DNA from: Candidatus Flemingiibacterium sp.
Lineage (GTDB): Bacteria > Bacillota > Clostridia > Oscillospirales > CAG-272
Length of the DNA stretch: 64,000 nucleotides
Reading direction: 5' to 3'
NCBI GenBank assembly: GCA_045579745.1
Contig: JAZNMQ010000046.1
Location: 15,301-79,300 of the forward strand
Positions 55,216 to 62,669 of this stretch are shown one piece after another (positions within the stretch are counted from its first letter, which is position 1; the number at the start of each line of letters is the position of its first letter). The position numbers and the translations under genes are program-made. The notes under the pieces were generated by a model that had not been told where the DNA came from, did not search any database, and was given only the letters and a program-made list of their open reading frames with translations.

Positions 55216-56265
55216 TTGGACATTCAGGGTATCATTAATAAATTCCGTTTTGCAAAATCGAATACCAATGCGTCCGAAGCACATACTGAGGTTGTTTACG
55301 AAATATCTCATGGGAGAATCGATACCTTCGTTGAATCGCTCAACGAGCTCACTCCCGATGATATTGCGCCCTCGAAGCCGAAGCAAAAACGCACACTCGC
55401 TGATTTCATCCCGTCGATTTTTCGGTATGCCGTTCTGACCGTCAGTGCGGTTGTGTTTATTATAAGTACGTTCACACTTGTGTACAACTTTGTTGATTAC
55501 AAACGCGCAGATGATATTTACGGGCAGATTTCGGATAACATCTTTGATGAAAGCTTAGGCTCAACCGATCCTCGTGCGGTAGCTCTATCTCAGGCGTCAG
55601 CAAAAATGTCAGCAATGCCTGATTATTATACAGGTCTGTCAGATACCGCCTGGGAGGATTTCGATGCGGACGCTGAGGGCTCTTATAATATCAAATTCCA
55701 GCAGATGAAAGCGAATCTTACCTATTTGCGGACGATTAATCCGGATATTTACGGCTATATGCACATTGAGGGAACGGCGATTAGCTATCCGCTCGTTCAG
55801 TCGAATGATAATGAGTACTATCTTGACCACGCATACACAGGCGACTATATGGTTGTCGGCTCGATTTTTGCCGATTACAGAGCGAAGGAGCATATCGAGG
55901 ATGACCGCAACACCGTTTTTTACGGGCATAATATAAACACCGGTACAATGTTCCATGATGTTACAAAATTCTTCGACAAGGAAGTTTTTGAGTCAACGCT
56001 TATTGAGATATACACCTTTGACGGAATCTACTATTTTAAACCGTTTGCGATATATGACACGATCTCAACCTACCAATATTTCCGCATGCGATTTGAAGAT
56101 GATGAGGATTTTGTTAGCTTCTGCGAGAAAATGCACGCAAATTCCAGAATTAAGAATGACACGACATTTACTGCAGATGACCAGATAATCACGCTTTCAA
56201 CCTGCACAAATTTTGGTAACGGAAGATATGCTCTTCACGCAAAGCTTGTTAAGGTGGAAAAATGA
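55216..56265 (+). CDS. srtB: class B sortase with extended N-terminal cytoplasmic region
   Basis: Catalytic His (VFYGHN), Cys (ITLSTCT) and Arg (GRYALHAKL). TM at residues ~68-90. TTG start 6 nt after GGAGGA. Confidence 0.8.
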   Translation: MDIQGIINKFRFAKSNTNASEAHTEVVYEISHGRIDTFVESLNELTPDDIAPSKPKQKRTLADFIPSIFRYAVLTVSAVVFIISTFTLVYNFVDYKRADDIYGQISDNIFDESLGSTDPRAVALSQASAKMSAMPDYYTGLSDTAWEDFDADAEGSYNIKFQQMKANLTYLRTINPDIYGYMHIEGTAISYPLVQSNDNEYYLDHAYTGDYMVVGSIFADYRAKEHIEDDRNTVFYGHNINTGTMFHDVTKFFDKEVFESTLIEIYTFDGIYYFKPFAIYDTISTYQYFRMRFEDDEDFVSFCEKMHANSRIKNDTTFTADDQIITLSTCTNFGNGRYALHAKLVKVEK

Positions 56266-57089
56266 TGACGCATTCAAGCGCTCATAAGGGTGTGCTGATT
56301 TGCCCGTTTTGCAAGGCAGAGCTCGAACGCGGCGGTAATTGCGGTGCGAGCTTTTACTGCAAGGGTGAAAGACGGCATTGCTTTGATATCGCAAGAAGCG
56401 GATACGTCAGCCTCACCCGCTCGTCGGGCAGCTCCGGAGATGATAAGGGTATGGTCCGCTCAAGGACGGCATTCCTTGAAAAGGACTACTATTCACCGTT
56501 TGCCGATGCTGTTGTAAAGGCGGTTGACGGCGCGGAAATTGTTATAGATGCAGGCTGCGGAGAGGGCTACTATTCAAACCGTATAGCAAATTCACACTCG
56601 CGGGTTTACGGCTTTGACCTATCAAAATACGCATGTGAGCATGCGTCAAAAAAAGCAAAGGCGTTATCAAACGGAGCATTTTTCGGAGTATCAAGCGTAT
56701 TCGAGCTGCCGATAGCCGATGAGTGCGCAGATGCGGTCGTATCGCTTTTTGCACCGATTGCCGAGCGAGAATTTTCCCGCGTGTTGATGTCTGGCGGCAG
56801 GCTTATTGTCGGTGCGGCAGGCAGACACCACCTGATTGAATTAAAGCGGGCGATATACAGCGAGGCGTATGAAAATGACGAACGCCATGACTTGCCGTTC
56901 GGATTCGAGCTTGAGAAATGCGAAAATATAACATACAAGTTCCTGTGCGAGGATTTGAAAAGCTTGTTCTATATGACTCCGTATGCGTTCAGAACCTCGA
57001 CGGAGGATGCGGCAAAGCTCGATAAAATAAATCAACTTGAAATTACTGCGGATTTTGTCCTTTACATTTATAAGAAAGTGGAGCGCTAA
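56262..57089 (+). CDS. SAM-dependent methyltransferase, RlmA (23S rRNA G-N1 methyltransferase)-like
   Basis: N-terminal zinc motif CPFC...C..H..C(F)DIARSGYVSL and SAM motif IDAGCGEGYY, as in RlmA/RrmA. The start overlaps the srtB stop (ATGA). Confidence 0.7.
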   Translation: MMTHSSAHKGVLICPFCKAELERGGNCGASFYCKGERRHCFDIARSGYVSLTRSSGSSGDDKGMVRSRTAFLEKDYYSPFADAVVKAVDGAEIVIDAGCGEGYYSNRIANSHSRVYGFDLSKYACEHASKKAKALSNGAFFGVSSVFELPIADECADAVVSLFAPIAEREFSRVLMSGGRLIVGAAGRHHLIELKRAIYSEAYENDERHDLPFGFELEKCENITYKFLCEDLKSLFYMTPYAFRTSTEDAAKLDKINQLEITADFVLYIYKKVER

Positions 57090-57121
57090 GCATTACAGTC
57101 GCTCACACGGGTTAAAATTTT

Positions 57122-57826
57122 ATGAAAATTTCACTTTGCATACCGATGTATAATGAAAGCAGTATCATAGAAGCCACGTTGAATACTGTATCCGAATGGA
57201 TGAAGTCGAACATTGAGGATTATGAGGTAATATTCTCTGATGACGGCAGCACGGACGGCTGCCGCGCGACGGTGGATCGCTTTGGAGATCCAAGAATTCG
57301 CTCTGTAGGGTATGAGCATAACATGGGCAAGGGTGCGGCTATACGAAACGGTGTTCTGAATTCGACGGGCGATATCGTAATTTTTACGGACTGCGATTTG
57401 GCGTATGGACTCGATGTTATAAAGCAGGCTATTGCAGAATTTGAAGCCGATTCCGAGGCGGATGTTGTTATCGGTTCGCGCAATCTGTCGCAGGACGGCT
57501 ATCAGGGATATACCTTCATTCGCAGGCTTGCGTCAAAGGTGTATATTAAATGCCTTGCAATTGCGGCAGGGTTCAAGCTTTCAGATTCACAGTGCGGCTT
57601 TAAATGTTTTCGCGGCGATATCGCACGCAAAATCTTTTCAACATGCGAGGTCAACGGCTTTGCGTTCGATTTTGAAGTGCTCATCAAGGCGAAAAATCTC
57701 GGAGCCAAGATTGTTGAAACTCCTGTAAAGGTAATAAATCATCGCGAGAGCAAGGTTAATGTTCTTCGCGATAGTATCAAAATGCTTCGCGATGTGAGTA
57801 AAATAAAGAGAAATAATAAAAAATAA
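57122..57826 (+). CDS. glycosyltransferase family 2 (dolichyl/polyprenyl-phosphate glycosyltransferase-like)
   Basis: ISLCIPMYNE, FSDDGSTDG, FTDCDLAY (the DxD) and QCGFKCF motifs. Confidence 0.8.
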   Translation: MKISLCIPMYNESSIIEATLNTVSEWMKSNIEDYEVIFSDDGSTDGCRATVDRFGDPRIRSVGYEHNMGKGAAIRNGVLNSTGDIVIFTDCDLAYGLDVIKQAIAEFEADSEADVVIGSRNLSQDGYQGYTFIRRLASKVYIKCLAIAAGFKLSDSQCGFKCFRGDIARKIFSTCEVNGFAFDFEVLIKAKNLGAKIVETPVKVINHRESKVNVLRDSIKMLRDVSKIKRNNKK

Positions 57827-57976
57827 TGAATTTGGCAGGCAAGCTCGAAAGGGCGCGGGACATGTTTTTCGGTGAATAATTGTTTACAAGCACTTTCAGT
57901 CGTCTTGGCGGAGTCGGGTTTGGGAAAATATTTGTTGGAGCAGATGTGACTTTACAATAATTTCATAAAATAGCAC

Positions 57977-58004
57977 TTGAAATTTTTTACATGTATGATA
58001 TAAT
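57977..58004 (+). promoter_or_regulatory. sigma-A-type promoter of the Cys/acidic small membrane protein gene
   Basis: TTGAAA (57977-57982), 16 bp spacer, TATAAT (57999-58004), with an extended -10 TGa. Confidence 0.55.
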
Positions 58005-58048
58005 AAAAACATGATAATACTATCTATTGAAAAGGACGGTAATGAATT

Positions 58049-58366
58049 ATGAAAAATTGCAAAAAAAGCTCGGGTCTTACTCCGTTGCAGCTTACACTGA
58101 TAATTGTGGGTGCAATTATCGCCGCTGTCGGAATAATGGTTTTGATTATGCAGATTTGCAAGAAGAAGTGCAACAAGAATGCAATTGATGCTTGCTGCTG
58201 CGAGTGCGAGCCGGATGAGCTCGACGGTTGGGAAATCGATGATGATATTCTCAGAGAGCTTGATTTCGATGATGAGGATGAATGCGATTGTGACTGCTGC
58301 TGCGATGAATGCGATTGCGAAGCTGACGCGCTTGAAGCAGAAAGCGATGCCGAAAACAATAATTAA
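58049..58366 (+). CDS. small single-pass membrane protein with Cys/Asp/Glu-rich tail
   Basis: 105 aa. TM LTLIIVGAIIAAVGIMVLIM, then a 62-aa tail with 11 Cys and 28 Asp/Glu by my count (DACCCECEPDE ... DEDECDCDCCCDECDCEAD). It has its own promoter (57977-58004) and a strong terminator (58374-58405). Confidence 0.5.
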   Translation: MKNCKKSSGLTPLQLTLIIVGAIIAAVGIMVLIMQICKKKCNKNAIDACCCECEPDELDGWEIDDDILRELDFDDEDECDCDCCCDECDCEADALEAESDAENNN

Positions 58367-58373
58367 TTAGCAC

Positions 58374-58405
58374 AAAGCTCCTTCGGTTATTCCCGAAGGA
58401 GCTTT
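58374..58405 (+). terminator. rho-independent terminator after the Cys/acidic small protein gene
   Basis: AAAGCTCCTTCGG (58374-86), a 6-nt loop, CCGAAGGAGCTTT (58393-405). The stem is a perfect 13 bp. Confidence 0.8.
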
Positions 58406-58511
58406 AAGTATTTTGAGAGATGTATCAAAAGCATGGAATGGTTAAACATATTATGGGTTGAGGCGGATTTTCAGATTTTGAAAATTGCAAGACTCATTAG
58501 GATTCGCGTTT

Positions 58512-58556
58512 GTAGAAACATCCCCTCGAAAGCGGCTTTCACTCTTCGAGGGGATG
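58512..58556 (-). terminator. rho-independent terminator after the HExxH lipoprotein gene
   Basis: Minus strand reads CATCCCCTCGAA, a loop, TTCGAGGGGATG (12 bp), followed by TTTCT. Confidence 0.8.
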
Positions 58557-58560
58557 TTGT

Positions 58561-59859
58561 TTATGTGAGATATTCCAACCATTCGGCTTTCAATTCTTCA
58601 TATGGTTTCCCGAGGTTTCCCTCGATATCTTGCGTATAATGCGCCGTGAGCACCTTGTCGAAGCCGTAAGTGTCGACGAGATATGTTATCAGCGAGGTTG
58701 ACTGCCAGTAGGTCAATTCGCTTCCTATGAATGAGAATTCTTTCTTGTTCACAAGCTCATACGCCTCGCCGATCGTTGTACTATGATGAGAGTCAAGCTC
58801 CAGCGACGCGACAATATCACTGTATAGACGCAGATCAAAATGATCAACATGATCGTATTTTCCGCCGCGGGCGGTGTACTGGTCAAAGATCATTTTATAC
58901 ATCTTCGCTGTTTCATCGCCTGCATCCGCGCGCGCATCGAAATATCCGCTCTGCGCCATCACGAGAAGCTGTATGTAGCCGGTGGCAATCTGATCGTTGA
59001 ACCCAAGCGCTTTTCCAAGATAATTACAAATGCCCTCACTCAGCCAAATATGGTTGCTTTCGTGGATGCCCATGGCATGAACGGCTTCGTGCAGCGCGGA
59101 GGAGGAATCGTTGATGTACATATTTCCCGTATCATACATGGTTTTTGAACAGCCGCTACCGTCAAAGGTCATGTAGAAATTGTAATCACGATCGGTTTCC
59201 AGCCCTTCGTCGAGGTTATTTGCTTTCAGATATTCGATCATATCATAAAGTCCGGTCGTATTGAAGTAGAGGAAGCCATGATACTGTGAAGGACTTCCTG
59301 CATCAAAATCCTCGAAATAATAGGTCACGCGATCAAATGCGATGATATATTTGTAGGTGCCGTCCGACGAAAAATCCATTGACGCAAGAAGCGCCTCCAC
59401 CTCAGGTGCCTGAGTATAGGCGGTGTCAAGTCCAAGCGATTTCAGATAGGCGCTTTTATATTCGAGGCGCTTGTCTATATCGAGAAGCGCCTCGACACCG
59501 TATTCATCAAGGATAAAGCGGAACAACGCCTCTGCCACAGGGACGGATGTTTCTTTGTCGTAGGTAAAGAAATGGTCGAACAGTGTAAGATAAGTCATGT
59601 TTGTCGGGATAGCAAAAAAATCCTTGAGATCCTGCGGTTGCTTATCATTTTCGTATGCCAAAAGTCCATAGGACAGCCATTCTTCGCTGCTGGCACGAAC
59701 CGCTTCAAATTGGTCGGGAACTGTTCCCGTTGATATCTCGGCTGTGTTTTCTGTATCTTGATGATCTTCGCTTTGTGGTGGCTTGGGTGCATTTGTGCAT
59801 GAAACAAATGAAATCATCACAAGCAACAGAATGACTAAAAAAGCAAATTTAATTTTCAT
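58561..59859 (-). CDS. putative lipoprotein, peptidase MA (gluzincin)-like HExxH protein
   Basis: Lipobox MISFVSC at residues 15-21. HEAVH followed 13 residues later by WLSEG, reminiscent of HExxH...WLNEG in M1-type gluzincins. Otherwise unassigned. Confidence 0.6.
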   Translation of the reverse strand: MKIKFAFLVILLLVMISFVSCTNAPKPPQSEDHQDTENTAEISTGTVPDQFEAVRASSEEWLSYGLLAYENDKQPQDLKDFFAIPTNMTYLTLFDHFFTYDKETSVPVAEALFRFILDEYGVEALLDIDKRLEYKSAYLKSLGLDTAYTQAPEVEALLASMDFSSDGTYKYIIAFDRVTYYFEDFDAGSPSQYHGFLYFNTTGLYDMIEYLKANNLDEGLETDRDYNFYMTFDGSGCSKTMYDTGNMYINDSSSALHEAVHAMGIHESNHIWLSEGICNYLGKALGFNDQIATGYIQLLVMAQSGYFDARADAGDETAKMYKMIFDQYTARGGKYDHVDHFDLRLYSDIVASLELDSHHSTTIGEAYELVNKKEFSFIGSELTYWQSTSLITYLVDTYGFDKVLTAHYTQDIEGNLGKPYEELKAEWLEYLT

Positions 59860-59861
59860 CG

Positions 59862-60104
59862 TTATTCCTCAAATTCCTCAGCGCAGCATGCGTCGCGCGC
59901 GGCAATTATCTTGCGGCGCTTCAGCTCATCCTTGGAATCGAGATAGAGAAGCGCGGTTCCAATGGCGGCACTTATTACAGAAAAAGCTAATATGACCGTA
60001 GACATACTTTTTTTCTTTCTGAACATCATTATGAACACAGCGAGTAATGAGGTTGACTGAGCTAAAAGAGTTAATCCTATATAAAATTTATTCTTGTTCA
60101 GCAT
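59862..60104 (-). CDS. small two-pass membrane protein with acidic Cys-Cys C-terminus
   Basis: 80 aa with two hydrophobic helices and a tail ending RDACCAEEFEE. Its stop lies 2 nt before the lipoprotein start. Sits 28 nt downstream of prfB. Confidence 0.45.
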   Translation of the reverse strand: MLNKNKFYIGLTLLAQSTSLLAVFIMMFRKKKSMSTVILAFSVISAAIGTALLYLDSKDELKRRKIIAARDACCAEEFEE

Positions 60105-60132
60105 CTATTACCTCCTTGATATCAAAGACAAA

Positions 60133-61245
60133 TTATTTTTTGCCTGCCATCTGCTTGAGATATGCGTTAATGAATCCGTCAATATCTCCGTCCATTACAG
60201 CAGAAATATTTCCATCCTCGTATTGAGTGCGATTGTCCTTTACAAGCGTGTAAGGCATGAAAACGTATGAACGGATTTGACTACCCCATTCAATGTTGTT
60301 CTTAATACCCTGAATGTCTTCAATGCGTGCGAGGTTCTCGCGCTCCTTTATCTCCATCAGCTTCGATTTCAACATCTTCATAGCGGTTTCCTTGTTCTGA
60401 AGCTGACTGCGCTCGGTCTGACAGCCGACAACAATACCCGTCGGAAGATGAACGATTCGAATCGCCGAGTCTGTCTTGTTGACGTGCTGACCGCCGGCAC
60501 CCGAGGAACGGTGAGCGGTTATTTCAATGTCTTCATCACGGATCTCGATTTTTCCGTCGTCCTCAAATTCGGGCATAACCTCGACGGATGCAAATGATGT
60601 GTGCCTGCGTCCCGATGAATCGAACGGTGATACGCGAACAAGACGGTGAACGCCTGCTTCACTCTTTAAGTAACCGTAAGCGTTAGTGCCCTCAATCATG
60701 ATAGTAGCACTCTTTAAGCCTGCCTCTTCGCCGTCAAGCCAGTCAACAAGCTTTACATTATAGCCATGTGCCTCGCCCCAACGAGTATACATACGGTAGA
60801 GCATAAGAGCCCAGTCCTGCGCCTCTGTGCCGCCTGCACCGGGATGGAAGGAAACGATCGCATTATTTTTGTCGTACTCTCCGGAGAGAAGCACCTCAAT
60901 ACGCTGACGCTCTTCCTCTTTGACAACCTCAGCAAGCTCGGCTTCGACCTCGGGAATAATGCTTTCGTCATTTTCCTCTATGCCCATCTCAGCGAGAGTA
61001 ATGGCATCCTCGAGCTTGTTTTTTAAATTCTGAAACGCACCTATCTTGTCCTTTTTCTGCTTGATCTTTTGAAGAACGCGGCTCGAATTGTCAGAATCGT
61101 TCCAAAAGTCCGGGCTCATGGTTGCTTCTTCATCTGCCGCAACCTCGGCTATGAGCTGTTCTATTCTGAGTGCAGATTCCAGCTCATCTATATTTGCACG
61201 CATGTTCTGAAGCTTATATTTTGCTTCTTCAAGTTGAATAATCAA
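60133..61245 (-). CDS. prfB: peptide chain release factor 2 (uninterrupted, no programmed frameshift)
   Basis: SPF tripeptide (RVSPFDS) and GGQ (SGAGGQHVNK). TTG start 6 nt after AGGAGG. A single continuous frame of 370 codons. Confidence 0.93.
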   Translation of the reverse strand: MIIQLEEAKYKLQNMRANIDELESALRIEQLIAEVAADEEATMSPDFWNDSDNSSRVLQKIKQKKDKIGAFQNLKNKLEDAITLAEMGIEENDESIIPEVEAELAEVVKEEERQRIEVLLSGEYDKNNAIVSFHPGAGGTEAQDWALMLYRMYTRWGEAHGYNVKLVDWLDGEEAGLKSATIMIEGTNAYGYLKSEAGVHRLVRVSPFDSSGRRHTSFASVEVMPEFEDDGKIEIRDEDIEITAHRSSGAGGQHVNKTDSAIRIVHLPTGIVVGCQTERSQLQNKETAMKMLKSKLMEIKERENLARIEDIQGIKNNIEWGSQIRSYVFMPYTLVKDNRTQYEDGNISAVMDGDIDGFINAYLKQMAGKK

Positions 61246-61373
61246 TTGAATCCTCCTGAAAAATAATTACTTATAGGATATTATATCATAAATTAACCTT
61301 GAACTTTTTGATTCCCAAGATTTAAGATCAAATAAAATTCGCCGCAGCAGGGCGGAGGCATCTATTTGCTTTT

Positions 61374-61403
61374 ATTATAGCATATCGTTGTACTGCATTT
61401 CAA
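61374..61403 (-). promoter_or_regulatory. candidate sigma-A-type promoter upstream of prfB
   Basis: Minus strand reads TTGAAA (61398-61403), 18 bp spacer, TATAAT (61374-61379). A second extended -10 (TGaTATAAT) lies nearer to prfB. Confidence 0.45.
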
Positions 61404-61439
61404 GTGGGTAGAGAATTTTACATAATATTAATCGTTTAT

Positions 61440-62669
61440 TCATCCCGGAGTATGAGATGACAGCATGTCGTAAAATTTATTTATCTCATCCGCGTTTCCG
61501 AATTTACGCTTAGCAAGTGCTTCGGAAAGCCTGTCGCACAAGCCCTCATCCTTGAGTAGACGTGATATTCCCTCGTAAATTCCATCAGAGCTTATCGGGC
61601 AGATAACGCCGAGCGCTTCATCTTCAAGCTGCTCGGGGGCTGAAAGATAATGGGTTGCAAGTATAGGCTTGAACATTATTTTTGCTTCCTCGACGGAAAT
61701 AGGCTTGCCCTCGTGACGCGACGGCTGTGCGTAAATATCGCAGTCGCGCAAATACGAATACGGGTTTTCGGTCGTTCCGAGGAAAATCATCATATCAGCC
61801 ACTCCGTTGTCAAGCAGCAGCTCCGAAAGCTGTTTCTTGTATGCCTCATCACCGTCGCCGATCACATACCATCTGACATTGATGTTATCCTCGCGAAGCC
61901 TTTTAAGGACAGGCACAACAAGGTCAAGCCCCTTTTGATCGCCAATTCGTCCGATGGTTAATATGCGCTTACCGGTGAAGTGAGTGTCGGGAAAGGTTTC
62001 GCCTCGAAGTGCGAGATCCCAGATCTGCTTTGGATTCATGATGTTTTCCATCATGACGCATTTGTCCGCAATCTCGGGCAGCTTTTTTCTGAGCGAGGCA
62101 TCCACAAGGCTTGATACAGTTACAATCTTATCGCACTTTTTGAAGTATTCGCCGTATATGGAATCATCGCGTGGCGGATTTGCGTAATCGAAATGAAGCC
62201 AGGCGAGCTTCTTTTTCGCATTAACTTTGTCGCACATATAGAACATTGTTCTGTCGCCCCAATAAGCAACTGCGACATCATAAGGCTCGGTAATCTCAGG
62301 CATCTTTTTCATAAAATGAAGCCACATTTTCGTTGCAGCCGAGCTTCGCTTTTCGCCTCGTGTGAGCAGAGTCTTAACAAAAAACGGAAAAATCTCAAAA
62401 AGCGTCAGAGGATTTTCCTTAACAAAGCAGTCAATGAGAGTTTTGGGCGCATTTCTTCCCGAAAGGAGGAACATATCGCCGTATTTTTCCATTGTGACTA
62501 CCTTAACCTCGCTTGGAAGCTGTCCGAGCAGCATGCCTTCCTTTTTTGCCAAAAGCAGCGTCACATCAAAGCGGGAGAAATCAAGGCAGGACAAAAAAGA
62601 GAGAAAGGATTTTTCTGTGCCTGCACAGTTCATCGTTATTCCGACGACGAGCATTTTAGTCTTCATCAA
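61440..62669 (-). CDS. glycosyltransferase family 4 (GT-B, group 1)
   Basis: C-terminal EGKPISVEEAKIMFKPILAT motif (EX7E-type). 409 aa. The start overlaps the upstream ABC-F stop by 14 nt. Confidence 0.8.
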   Translation of the reverse strand: MMKTKMLVVGITMNCAGTEKSFLSFLSCLDFSRFDVTLLLAKKEGMLLGQLPSEVKVVTMEKYGDMFLLSGRNAPKTLIDCFVKENPLTLFEIFPFFVKTLLTRGEKRSSAATKMWLHFMKKMPEITEPYDVAVAYWGDRTMFYMCDKVNAKKKLAWLHFDYANPPRDDSIYGEYFKKCDKIVTVSSLVDASLRKKLPEIADKCVMMENIMNPKQIWDLALRGETFPDTHFTGKRILTIGRIGDQKGLDLVVPVLKRLREDNINVRWYVIGDGDEAYKKQLSELLLDNGVADMMIFLGTTENPYSYLRDCDIYAQPSRHEGKPISVEEAKIMFKPILATHYLSAPEQLEDEALGVICPISSDGIYEGISRLLKDEGLCDRLSEALAKRKFGNADEINKFYDMLSSHTPG

